From Candidatus Hodarchaeota archaeon (lineage in GTDB: Archaea > Asgardarchaeota > Heimdallarchaeia > Hodarchaeales > Hodarchaeaceae), in NCBI GenBank assembly GCA_016839815.1, contig JAEOTM010000041.1, forward strand, positions 32,001 through 96,000: a DNA stretch of 64,000 nt. Reading direction: 5' to 3'. Under the pieces are notes generated by a model, which worked only from the letters and a program-made list of their open reading frames with translations, was not told the DNA's origin and searched no databases. Each line of letters begins with the position of its first letter. The first letter of the stretch is position 1. Positions 1-9,578 of this stretch are shown here, in pieces. Both the position numbers and the translations under genes were made by a program.

Positions 1-2
1 CG

Positions 3-539
3 CCTTCTACAGCCATTGGGATAGAAGAATTCGGGAAGCTTGGTGTAAAGACAATTATTCGGGTTGGGACATCAGGTATTCTATCCCGAAATGTTAAGCT
101 TGGAGATCTTGTTTCCGCAACTGGTGCCATACGAGATGAAGGAACTACCCACGAGTACATTCTCCCTGCGTTTCCTGCTGTTGCACATCCTGATGTCATT
201 TTTGCAATACGAGAGGCAGTAACTCACTTGAATCTTCAAGATCGATTCCACGAAGGAATTGTTCATTCAAAAGACGCTTTTTATTCTGAAACTCCTGAAT
301 TAATCCCGGATTCGGCGAATGCGAAAAGTAAGTGGACTGCTTGGATTAATGCAAAGACATTGATTACCGAGATGGAATGCTCAACACTTTTCGTAATCAG
401 TTCCATACGAGGTTGGCGTGCTGGTGGTATAATGGCAGCTATTGGAGATACTGAATCAGGTGAAGTCATTATCGATCATATGAAGGGGCAAAAAGAAGCG
501 ATTGCGATAGCTGTCGAAGCTATCAAACGTTTATTATAA
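3..539 (+). CDS. udp: Uridine/nucleoside phosphorylase (PNP_UDP_1), 5'-truncated by window edge
   Basis: Frame is open from nt 3 and continuous with ORF 228..539: PSTAIGIEE..IIRVGTSG..AIRDEGTT..HSKDAFY..TEME motifs. Confidence 0.85.
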   Translation, partial: PSTAIGIEEFGKLGVKTIIRVGTSGILSRNVKLGDLVSATGAIRDEGTTHEYILPAFPAVAHPDVIFAIREAVTHLNLQDRFHEGIVHSKDAFYSETPELIPDSANAKSKWTAWINAKTLITEMECSTLFVISSIRGWRAGGIMAAIGDTESGEVIIDHMKGQKEAIAIAVEAIKRLL

Positions 540-551
540 ATACAATTATTT

Positions 552-1784
552 TTATTCCGAAGATCGCAATTTCTCAATAGTTTTAGTTACTATCTGCTCA
601 GAGAGTCCAATGTAACTCTCGGGACTGATTTTTTTCTCTGAAATGAAATCTTTGGCTCGAGAATAAGCCGCTTGACGTCCTAATCCCTGTTCAGTAACAA
701 GTTCTACCATTTTCTTTTCCATAAATATCGCAGGGTCGATCTGTACATTCCTTCGAATATTCTCGGGGTAGAAAGTTAGACCAACAAAGATCCTAGTCAT
801 CCTCTTAATCATAAAATGGGTTAGAATTACTGTTTCAGGAATTATAATTCGTTCATTAGCACTATTTGTGAGATCTCGTTCGTGTTCTAAAGAAATATTT
901 TCCAATGCAGGAAGAATATTTGTGCGCACACGTTTGGCTAGGGAACATAAATTTTCGCTAAGAACGGGATTCCTCTTGTGAGGCATTGTCGAGGAACCTG
1001 TCTGAAGTTCTGCAAAAGGTTCTGCAATTTCTTGAATTTCAGATCTCTGTAAATTCCGTATTTCTCTTGCCATTTTCTCAATTATCGAGACAACTGCAAT
1101 TAGGTGAAAGAGATACTTCGCAATATTCACTCGACTTACAACTTGGTTTGATATTAATGGAGCAGAAAGGCCTAATATTTCCATAACTCGCTTCTGTAGT
1201 TCCATACCTTTCTCCCCAAAACTAGCAAAAGTTCCTACAGCTCCGCTCATTTTTCCATAAAAATTCATTTTATTAAGTTCGGCTAAGCATTCGGTGAGCT
1301 CATAAGCCCACAAGGCAAATTTCATTCCAAAAGTCATTGGTATAGCATGTTGGCCGTGTGTTCTTCCAATGCAAACAAGACGTTTCGTTTCCTCAGCTTT
1401 ACTCAATAGAAGATTCTTTAATATCCATAAATCGGCAATGATTACTTGATTTGCCTCACGGAGCTGCAATGCCAAGGCACTATCAACAATATCTGAACTT
1501 GTTGCTCCAATATGAGCTTTATCACAACCAGAAACCCGTGTAAGTGCCTCTACTAAAGCCATGATATCGTGACGAGTTTCTTTCTCAATTTCCTTAACCA
1601 AACCGACAGTTACCTTATTTTTTGCTCTGAATAATAGATTATAATCATTTTGAGTAATAATTCCGTTCTCAAGATGAGTCTGTGCTAATGCAAATTCTAC
1701 CTGTAACATTTTACTAAGTCTAGAGTGTTCTTCAAAAATATCTGCAATCTCAGTTCTGTATCTTTCCTCTATCGGGTGAATCAT
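552..1784 (-). CDS. purB: Adenylosuccinate lyase
   Basis: TRHD, GATSSD, GRTHGQHA, SSTMPHKRNP signature, HERDL. Likely ATG at 1784 just after the purA stop (ORF track extends to 1802). Confidence 0.95.
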   Translation of the reverse strand: MIHPIEERYRTEIADIFEEHSRLSKMLQVEFALAQTHLENGIITQNDYNLLFRAKNKVTVGLVKEIEKETRHDIMALVEALTRVSGCDKAHIGATSSDIVDSALALQLREANQVIIADLWILKNLLLSKAEETKRLVCIGRTHGQHAIPMTFGMKFALWAYELTECLAELNKMNFYGKMSGAVGTFASFGEKGMELQKRVMEILGLSAPLISNQVVSRVNIAKYLFHLIAVVSIIEKMAREIRNLQRSEIQEIAEPFAELQTGSSTMPHKRNPVLSENLCSLAKRVRTNILPALENISLEHERDLTNSANERIIIPETVILTHFMIKRMTRIFVGLTFYPENIRRNVQIDPAIFMEKKMVELVTEQGLGRQAAYSRAKDFISEKKISPESYIGLSEQIVTKTIEKLRSSE

Positions 1785-1785
1785 C

Positions 1786-2793
1786 TTATCCCTCTCTATC
1801 AATAATTTCTATATCTGCAGGACCTGTACCAATAAAAGTAAACCTCATATCTATCTCTTTTTCACGATCAGATATCCATAATTTTGCTTCCTCAGATAAG
1901 TCATCAAAGCTAGTTTTTCCTTGATCAGTAGGAAACAAAATATCTAGTTTAGTTAAAGCTATTTTTGTTGCAGAATTCAGCTGAATACTCCTTTTAGCTA
2001 ATTCTGCATTAAATGGGGCAGCTCTTCGAAGACGTTTAGTAACTGTACCATATTCAGTCCAGCCTCTTTTAATTGTTTCCTCTTCAGTTAGTTCCCCTGG
2101 TAATAATCCTTCACCAACCCTTGTTACATATGCTTTCAGTACAAGTGTTACATCGGTTACGACTGTTGGCCCTATACCTACATCTGCGCATATAGATGAA
2201 GCAGTTACATCTTTTGTAGTAACAAATGGATATGTTCCATGGAATAATGATAAGTATGTAGCCTGAGTACCTTCTAGTAGAATTGATTCTTTATTAGCAA
2301 GACCTCTGTGTATCTCTCCTGGTACATCTGTTAAAAATGGCTTAAGTTTTGGGATTTCCTTCGCTAACTTTAATTTTCTCCGAACTCTCTCTTCATTTGC
2401 AGGACCCGATCCCGAACCAGTTGTTCCTACTTTTTTGACTAGATGTGGATCAGTTGTATCGATCTTTCGATGAGACTCTTCAATGATTCCACACTGGTGA
2501 TCTACAAAGGTTTTCCCTTTCATCTCTGTCTTCTCAACTTCGTCAAGAAAAACATCCGGGTTAACCAGGACTCCTGGGCCAATCAGTAATTTTTGTACAT
2601 TTTTACCCCCTATACCAGAGGGGATCATGCGAAGTTTATATTCAACCCCATCAACCACAATAGTATGTCCTGCATTTGGTCCCACACCCCCTCTAGCTAC
2701 TATAGTGGCTTGACGTTTATTCACAAGGTGACTAATAATTTTCCCCTTACCTTCATCCCCCCAAAATCCTCCAACGACTATATCGACACTCAT
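1786..2793 (-). CDS. purA: Adenylosuccinate synthetase, short archaeal type
   Basis: WGDEGKGK, GPNAGHT, EGTQ, GTYPFVT, TRVG, YGTVT, TKLD motifs; 335 aa. Confidence 0.97.
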   Translation of the reverse strand: MSVDIVVGGFWGDEGKGKIISHLVNKRQATIVARGGVGPNAGHTIVVDGVEYKLRMIPSGIGGKNVQKLLIGPGVLVNPDVFLDEVEKTEMKGKTFVDHQCGIIEESHRKIDTTDPHLVKKVGTTGSGSGPANEERVRRKLKLAKEIPKLKPFLTDVPGEIHRGLANKESILLEGTQATYLSLFHGTYPFVTTKDVTASSICADVGIGPTVVTDVTLVLKAYVTRVGEGLLPGELTEEETIKRGWTEYGTVTKRLRRAAPFNAELAKRSIQLNSATKIALTKLDILFPTDQGKTSFDDLSEEAKLWISDREKEIDMRFTFIGTGPADIEIIDREG

Positions 2794-3398
2794 TTATTGA
2801 CCTTCTTAAGTTCTAAAAAATCCTTTACTGCTTGTTTATTTATTCCGACTTTATCAATAAAAAATTCCTCACACTCTTCGGTATTCATATTTTTATCATT
2901 TAACATGTCATTCATAAATTCAAAACGCTCGTGTGGGAAAACGATCCATGAAGAAGTTTCTTCTACATAGAAATTCGGTTTTAAAATGCTCCACGGTTTA
3001 AAATACAAAGTACCTACTTTCACTTCTAGGGGTTTTTTCATTCGCAAATATTGAAGAGCGAAATCAAGAGAGACACCACTATCTGCTACATCATCTATTA
3101 ATAAGATTCGCTTCCCATAAATATGTCCAGGAAGATCCTGATAAATAATGGGTTCTTTGTTTGTCTTATCAATCCCAGAATAGAATCCTATTTGCATTAT
3201 CGCAAGAGTAACCTTCTGTTTATCAGACAAGTATAGATCTGAAAGAATTCGAGCGGGAACCAGTCCCCCTCGTGATACTCCAGCCATAATATCTGGCTTG
3301 AAGCTACTTTTTTTGATCATCATATATAGCTGGAAGCTTAAATTCTGTATATGATCCCAGCTAGGTGCAGTATAAGTTATTTCCTTCTCTTTCTTCAA
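2790..3398 (-). CDS. Purine phosphoribosyltransferase (archaeal Gpt/Hpt-like)
   Basis: GVSRGGLVP, PRPP-binding ILLIDDVADSG, WIVFPHE; overlaps the purA start. Confidence 0.9.
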   Translation of the reverse strand: MKKEKEITYTAPSWDHIQNLSFQLYMMIKKSSFKPDIMAGVSRGGLVPARILSDLYLSDKQKVTLAIMQIGFYSGIDKTNKEPIIYQDLPGHIYGKRILLIDDVADSGVSLDFALQYLRMKKPLEVKVGTLYFKPWSILKPNFYVEETSSWIVFPHERFEFMNDMLNDKNMNTEECEEFFIDKVGINKQAVKDFLELKKVNK

Positions 3399-3533
3399 TC
3401 AAAAATCTCCAGTACGCAACCTGTAGAAAGACAGAAGATGTTTTACTTTGTAATTTATCTCTTTTCGCATAGAACTGGTAGTACGAAGAGATTTCTTCAA
3501 GAAAACTAATCTTTAAAGGGGGTGGAATTTTCC

Positions 3534-5792
3534 TTATTCCTCTTTTATTAACGAATTAGGAATCCACATCTGGAATTCATTCCCATAGGGGAAATATGGG
3601 ATGATTTTTAATTCCCCCTTGAGGTAGTCCATAACCACAGCGGCTAGAGTAATACCTATATAGAACCCATGACTCTCCCACTTATCAGTAATTTTGGATG
3701 TCAACGTATCACAGATATCTTTGGGAATTGGAGGTGAAACATAATCTCGTATAATTAAACAGAGATTATGGTCATGTGAATGAGCGTTTATGACTATAGG
3801 TGAATTAGGTGCTGGATTTTCTGCAGAATGAAGTAAAAACAACATTAATTCATTAATCGCATACGGAAGATAACCACTATGAGATATTGTTAATTCTGGA
3901 ATGTCAACTTCAATCAATCGGGATGAACTTCTGGGTAAATCTTTAATAAACTTTCTCAGGGAGATTTCTTGTGTGAATAAAGATTCTGAAGGAAAGGAGG
4001 ATCTTTGAAGAACTTCAAAAATCATGGTTACTAGATCAATTGTTTTAGAAGAGCGATTAGCAATCGATACAATTTCTCTTGCTTCATCTGTTTGAAGCAA
4101 TTGTTCCGAACCATTTGCTACAGAGAGAAATTCAAGATTACTAACTATTTTCTGAAGATCATTCCGCAAAAAATGACTCATCATTGCATGATATCGTTCT
4201 TCTTCAAGTTTAATTTGTTTGATGGTTTCTTCTGCATATTTTCTTTCTGAAATATCTTCTATGATTCCATCATGCCATTGCCCGTTTGGGGAAACACGAG
4301 CTGAAATTGAAGCCCAAAAATAGATTCCATCTCTGGTCTTCATTAATACATCTTTGATATTCAATTCTCCTTTACTATATAATTCTTCTACAAACCAGAG
4401 TCGATCCTCTGAGTTTGCATACAGATCGGAAAGCGCAGTTGAGGCAATTTCATGAAATGATGTATACCCAAACATTGAGATAAATGCCTGATTTGCTTGT
4501 AACAGACGTCCCTGACTACTTACACGAAAAATGCCTGTATTAATGTTCTCTACTAGAGTACGATATTTTTCTTCACTTTCCACTAGTCGTGATTCAGATA
4601 ATTTTCTCTCTGTTATATCCCGTGTAATGGTCATAAAAGATACAGGTTCCCCTTGAGAATCTTCGATCACTGTGATAAGAAATTCAGCAGGAAATGTACT
4701 TCCATCTAATCGAATTGAGGTATATTCAAATCGAAAAATTCTTTTTTCGGCTAGAGTTTTTTCAGCGACAGCTATAGCATATTGTTGGTCTTCTGGAACT
4801 ATTAGATCAAGCGCGTTTAGTCCTATTAACTCTTCAGAGGTGGATACTCCGTAAAAATTTAACGCTTGCTCATTAGTAGTGATGATATTAAAATCTAAAT
4901 CTGTTACAGTAATTGTGTCTGGATTTAACTCAATTAAATTTCGATATCTGTCTTGAGCTTCTTTTTCACTTGTAATATCGGTTAGTAATCCGAAAGATCC
5001 GACTAATTCTTCTTCTTCATTCAATAGAACTGTCCCTGCAACTCTAACTTGGATTAAGGACTGATCTTTGTATTTAAGGGATAGTTCGTATATTGAAGAT
5101 GGAATACCATCTGAGAATCTTTCCTTCACTTTTTCTTGGAAAATTGTTACTGAATTCTCTGCTAGAAATTCCTCAACTTTTCTTCCTAGCATTTCATTCA
5201 GAGACCAGCCCAGCATTTTTTCTATGGTAGGATTTACGTAAAGGGTTTTATTCTCTAAATCTGTAATCCAAACTCCTTCTAAAGCTGTTTCAACTAATGT
5301 TTGATATCTGCTCTCACTAACTCTAAGCTCATGTGTGCTATGAGCAAATCCTAACATTCCAACAATTTGACCATTTTCTTTTTGTGGAGAACCCTTGATC
5401 TCAAAAGGTTTGTAAATACCAGATTTTGTTAAAACACGTATTTCGGGAGTGGGGAAGGTATCTCCATCTGTAATTGTTGTAAATCCCCGTATTACCGCAT
5501 CTAAATCATCTGGATGGATTTTAGGCTGAAATGGTTTCCCAATCCACTCTTCAGCTGTCCATCCCAAGAGTTTTTCTACTGCTGGATTAATGGATGTGAT
5601 ATTTCCCTCTAAGTCAAGAGTAAATATTATGTCGCGAGAAGTATTAACCAGACTACGATAGAGTTTTTCCGACTTTTCTAATCTTGCAAGCGACTCCCGA
5701 TAGGATAGAAAACCTGATTTTATAAGTTCTTTCACATCTTCTGGTATATCCTTTCTAGCAAGTAAGAGATTTACCTCTTGGGTGAAAGACAT
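3534..5792 (-). CDS. Cytoplasmic multi-PAS sensor with degenerate histidine-kinase module
   Basis: Four PAS/PAC repeats (YRxLV..., DITER/DISER linkers), H-box SHFLRNDL, poorly conserved HATPase_c. Confidence 0.85.
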   Translation of the reverse strand: MSFTQEVNLLLARKDIPEDVKELIKSGFLSYRESLARLEKSEKLYRSLVNTSRDIIFTLDLEGNITSINPAVEKLLGWTAEEWIGKPFQPKIHPDDLDAVIRGFTTITDGDTFPTPEIRVLTKSGIYKPFEIKGSPQKENGQIVGMLGFAHSTHELRVSESRYQTLVETALEGVWITDLENKTLYVNPTIEKMLGWSLNEMLGRKVEEFLAENSVTIFQEKVKERFSDGIPSSIYELSLKYKDQSLIQVRVAGTVLLNEEEELVGSFGLLTDITSEKEAQDRYRNLIELNPDTITVTDLDFNIITTNEQALNFYGVSTSEELIGLNALDLIVPEDQQYAIAVAEKTLAEKRIFRFEYTSIRLDGSTFPAEFLITVIEDSQGEPVSFMTITRDITERKLSESRLVESEEKYRTLVENINTGIFRVSSQGRLLQANQAFISMFGYTSFHEIASTALSDLYANSEDRLWFVEELYSKGELNIKDVLMKTRDGIYFWASISARVSPNGQWHDGIIEDISERKYAEETIKQIKLEEERYHAMMSHFLRNDLQKIVSNLEFLSVANGSEQLLQTDEAREIVSIANRSSKTIDLVTMIFEVLQRSSFPSESLFTQEISLRKFIKDLPRSSSRLIEVDIPELTISHSGYLPYAINELMLFLLHSAENPAPNSPIVINAHSHDHNLCLIIRDYVSPPIPKDICDTLTSKITDKWESHGFYIGITLAAVVMDYLKGELKIIPYFPYGNEFQMWIPNSLIKEE

Positions 5793-5918
5793 CGAAATCT
5801 GAGTCCAGTGGAAGAAATTAATTTGAGATTGAGAAATTAATTACGAAACTGAGCTTGATAAACTGAAATATTGTTCTTAAGAATACCTAAATAGAATATC
5901 TGGAGATGAGATGATACT

Positions 5919-6611
5919 ATGAAGTTATTAATAACGGGAGCTAATCGTGGACTAGGATTAGAATTTGTTAATCAATACTTAAACAGGGGAGACGAGGTAA
6001 TAGCTACATTTAGAGCAGATAATGACTTGTCTAATTTGAATAAGTTGAAAAATAAGTTTCAAAAAATTCTTACTCTAACTCCTATGGATGTTACATCTAA
6101 CAGTTCGCGTAATAAAGCCTTTTTAGAAGTAAAATCGAAATTCTCAAATCTAGATATACTCATTAATAATGCAGGTATGACAGGTAAACGAGAACTCACC
6201 TTTGGGAAACTTTATGAAGATGATATGATTGAAGTGTTCAAAGTTAATGCGATATCAGCTATTCTAGTTGCAGAAAAATTCTCTCCGTTGTACAAGAACA
6301 ACTCAAAGATAATCAATATTTCAAGCTGGATGGGGTCAATTTCAGCTAGACAGAATACTTCAAACTTTAGCTACTGTGCCAGTAAGGCAGCATTGAATAT
6401 GTTTTCCAAATTACTCTCTAATTCTTTACGTAGCAGGGGAGTTATTGTTGTACCAATGCATCCGGGATGGGTTAAAACCAGAATGGGTACCCAAAGTGCT
6501 CCAATTGAGAGGAAAGACTCGATTTCAGGAATGATTCAAGTCATTGACTCATTGACACTAAAAGAATCTGGGATGTTCATTGATTGGCAAGGTAAGAAGA
6601 TAGATTGGTGA
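5919..6611 (+). CDS. Short-chain dehydrogenase/reductase (CsgA-like)
   Basis: TGANRGLG, NNAG, YCASKAALN, HPGWVKTRMG. Confidence 0.93.
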   Translation: MKLLITGANRGLGLEFVNQYLNRGDEVIATFRADNDLSNLNKLKNKFQKILTLTPMDVTSNSSRNKAFLEVKSKFSNLDILINNAGMTGKRELTFGKLYEDDMIEVFKVNAISAILVAEKFSPLYKNNSKIINISSWMGSISARQNTSNFSYCASKAALNMFSKLLSNSLRSRGVIVVPMHPGWVKTRMGTQSAPIERKDSISGMIQVIDSLTLKESGMFIDWQGKKIDW

Positions 6612-6652
6612 GATTTTTTTTCCAATTAGGGGATGTAGCAAATTCTTATAAT

Positions 6653-6705
6653 CTGATTACATTATAATCGAGAAGATCAGAAACTGATTACATTATAATT
6701 GAGAA
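6653..6705. promoter_or_regulatory. Tandem 22-bp direct repeat, each copy a GATTA-N5-TAAT(C/T) palindrome; putative repressor operators
   Basis: ctgattacattataatcgagaa (6653-6674) and ctgattacattataattgagaa (6684-6705), 31-bp period, directly upstream of the acyl-CoA ligase. Confidence 0.65.
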
Positions 6706-6735
6706 TTTTTTTCTCCTCAATAAATAAGAGGTTAC

Positions 6736-8439
6736 TTGAATATGACAAAAATCACCCCAGAACTATGGATGAAATCATGGGATAGTCACGTAAAAACTGA
6801 AAGTTACCCGAAAGAAAGTCTTGGCGTACTATTTGCGCGTGAAATGGCGAGATTTCCGGAGAATACCGCTTGTTGGATGATGGAACGAGAAATAACCTAC
6901 GGAGAATTACTAAGATATGTTGAAAGCTTCGCTACATTTCTACAACAGAATGGAGTTGAAAAGGGAGATGTCGTAGCGATTAGTTTAGCGAATTGTCCCC
7001 AATATATGATCGCTCATTTTGGTACCCTTCTTGCTGGATGTGTAGCCTCTGGGCTTAATCCACTCTTAAGTCCAAAAGAAGTCGCATATCAGCTAAGTGA
7101 TAGTAAGGCAAAAGTTATTGTCACTTTAGATGCCATTTATGATAAAGTTTTAACAAAAAAACTTGAAGAATTGCCTGAACTTGACATAGTAATCGCTACG
7201 AACATTTCGGAATATATGGGACTTAGTAAGCTTAAAGTATTCCTTGGTAAGAAATTGGGGAAGATTCCCCATGGAAAAATCTATGATTACCCTGGGAAGA
7301 AGGTTGAGAAATTCTCTAATGTAATGGCTGTAAATCCAGATGTGAAATCCGTAACAATTGATGTTGACCAAGATTTGGCTTGTCTCCAGTATACAGGTGG
7401 AACAACAGGATTTCCAAAAGGAACCGAACTAACACACTCAAATTTAAACGCGGAATATACTATCTTTGCTAATTGGTTGAATTTAGAGCCCGGAACAGTA
7501 ACAGCTTTATCTGCATTTCCAATGTTTCATGCTGCGGGACTTACAGTTATTTCAGAAACCATTTGGTTGTCAGGGACGCAGATCTTAATAGCTAATCCAC
7601 GTGATACGGCACAGGTTATTGAGGAAATTATTAAGCACAGACCAACGATCATTGCTAATGTCCCTACTCTCTTTGGGATGATTATGAATCACCCCAAGGC
7701 ACAAGAGATCCCAAATGAAGTACTAGATAATGTAAGCGTTTATATTTCAGGAGCTGCTCCTTTTCCTGCGGAAATGATTCGTGAATTTGAATCAAAAATG
7801 AAAGCAACCAATAAAGTGATGGAGCTTTATGGTATGACGGAAACCTCTCCTGTTTGTGTTTCTAATCCAATCCTTGGTAAAAAGAAGGTTGGAACAGTAG
7901 GTCTTACCCTTCCTGATACTGAGCTAAAGCTAGTTAATATCGAAACAGGTGAAGAGGTTGAAACGGGTGAACCTGGTGAAATCTTGGTACGAGGCCCTAT
8001 TGTAACTAGAGGATACCTCAATAAACCTGAAGCTACTGCAAATACTATTGATCCAGATGGCTGGCTCCATACGGGTGATGTCGGTGTTATGGATGAGGAG
8101 GGGTATTTAAAAATTGTAGATCGGGTAAAAGATATGCTAATTGTATCTGGATATAAAGTTTACTCTGTTCACGTCGAAGATGTACTTACAAAGCATCCAG
8201 ATATTGCTATGGTTGCTATTGTAGGTATAGATGATCCTGACCGTCCTGGAAGTGAAATTGTTCATGCTTACGTTCAACTACAGGCTGAAACCGAACCAAC
8301 CGACAGTATCAAAGAAAGTATAGAGCAATACGCTGAAGAAAATCTCTCCAAGTATGAAAAACCACGTGTTTATGAATTCCGCGAATCACTTCCCCTTACG
8401 ACGGTAGGAAAGGTCCTCAAACGAGCATTGAAGGAATAA
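6736..8439 (+). CDS. Long-chain fatty acid--CoA ligase (ANL adenylate-forming family)
   Basis: QYTGGTTGFPKG, YGMTETSP, GWLHTGD, DRVKD, GKVLKR. Confidence 0.95.
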   Translation: MNMTKITPELWMKSWDSHVKTESYPKESLGVLFAREMARFPENTACWMMEREITYGELLRYVESFATFLQQNGVEKGDVVAISLANCPQYMIAHFGTLLAGCVASGLNPLLSPKEVAYQLSDSKAKVIVTLDAIYDKVLTKKLEELPELDIVIATNISEYMGLSKLKVFLGKKLGKIPHGKIYDYPGKKVEKFSNVMAVNPDVKSVTIDVDQDLACLQYTGGTTGFPKGTELTHSNLNAEYTIFANWLNLEPGTVTALSAFPMFHAAGLTVISETIWLSGTQILIANPRDTAQVIEEIIKHRPTIIANVPTLFGMIMNHPKAQEIPNEVLDNVSVYISGAAPFPAEMIREFESKMKATNKVMELYGMTETSPVCVSNPILGKKKVGTVGLTLPDTELKLVNIETGEEVETGEPGEILVRGPIVTRGYLNKPEATANTIDPDGWLHTGDVGVMDEEGYLKIVDRVKDMLIVSGYKVYSVHVEDVLTKHPDIAMVAIVGIDDPDRPGSEIVHAYVQLQAETEPTDSIKESIEQYAEENLSKYEKPRVYEFRESLPLTTVGKVLKRALKE

Positions 8440-8477
8440 ATTCCTCCTTCAATTTCTTTTCTTTTTATCCCCTTTTG
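8440..8477 (+). terminator. Pyrimidine/T-rich archaeal-type terminator tract
   Basis: ttcctccttcaatttcttttctttttatcccctttt directly after the stop codon. Confidence 0.5.
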
Positions 8478-8582
8478 TCAATAGCCTCATTATAAATCCA
8501 AAAGAGATTTATTGAGAGATTTTCGAAAATTGATTCCTCCCTCTTTCAACTTAAGTCAATGAAATTCATTTTGTGACATCTT

Positions 8583-9545
8583 ATGGAACCATTAACTCAT
8601 AAGTCCAATTCACCCCATATTGAATGGAATGAAAGCTATTATTTCTGCTTCGCTGATCCCAAAACAAATATTAGAGGGATGACCAGGGTTGGATTTAAAC
8701 CAAATAAGTCAGAAGGTATGTCATTTCTGTTTTTATTTCTTCCAGACGGAACAGCAGCAGGATATCAAACCACCGAAACTATATCTAGCTATGGGAATCC
8801 TCTTAAGGTTGGTGACATGACTCATGAAAGTAATTCTGACAATACCTGGAAATTCTCTTTTACAGGCTCAATGATTATTGTAGAGGATCCAAAACACTTT
8901 CCAAAAGTTATTAATAAGCCTGAACTAATAAAGAAAATTGTAGATGTTGAATTACATCTTGATTTTCATCCTCTAAACGAGGTTTATGAATACAGCAAAT
9001 ATATGACACCAGAATCTCGTGAGCTGGGAAAAAAATCAGGGGATGAACACTGGGAGCAAATAGCTACTGTTTCTGGGACAATTACGGTTGATGGCAATAC
9101 ATACGAGCTTGATCAAATCTTAGGCCAAAGGGATCACACATATGGAATTCGAGATTGGACTGGAGTAGGTAACTGGTTATACTATGTAGTGTGGTTTAAT
9201 CGAAACTTAGCCATTAATCCTGCGGCTATAATCGCTGATGATGGAAGATTATCTATAGGAGGATTTATGTTCAAAGATGGGGTTAATATTCCCCTTAAAA
9301 CTATAAATATTGTTGAACAATCTTTTGAGAGTGATGGAATCTTCCCTAAGACGTCTTTACTAGAAATTACTGATTGGAACGACGAAAAACATAGTCTAAA
9401 GGGATCTGTAGGTTCGATCCTACCAATTCCATTCAAAGACCCTGATGGAAATAAGTCAGTTTTAATTCAAGCCTTTGGAGAATACGAATTAGATGGTATA
9501 TCTGGTGGTTATGGTACCTTTGAGACTTTGAGAAAAATCCATTGA
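8583..9545 (+). CDS. Uncharacterised beta-barrel protein (tocopherol cyclase/CrtC/AttH-like fold)
   Basis: WNESYYF, HWEQ..V.G.I.VDG and GQRDHTYGIRDW motifs typical of this lipocalin-like superfamily. Confidence 0.6.
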   Translation: MEPLTHKSNSPHIEWNESYYFCFADPKTNIRGMTRVGFKPNKSEGMSFLFLFLPDGTAAGYQTTETISSYGNPLKVGDMTHESNSDNTWKFSFTGSMIIVEDPKHFPKVINKPELIKKIVDVELHLDFHPLNEVYEYSKYMTPESRELGKKSGDEHWEQIATVSGTITVDGNTYELDQILGQRDHTYGIRDWTGVGNWLYYVVWFNRNLAINPAAIIADDGRLSIGGFMFKDGVNIPLKTINIVEQSFESDGIFPKTSLLEITDWNDEKHSLKGSVGSILPIPFKDPDGNKSVLIQAFGEYELDGISGGYGTFETLRKIH

Positions 9546-9578
9546 TTAGAAGCTTAAAACAAAAATGAGATAGTTCTA

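Noticed and set aside
6653-6705. Two 22-bp direct repeats as a mini-CRISPR
   Set aside because: Only two copies with a 9-bp gap, located in a promoter; better explained as operators.
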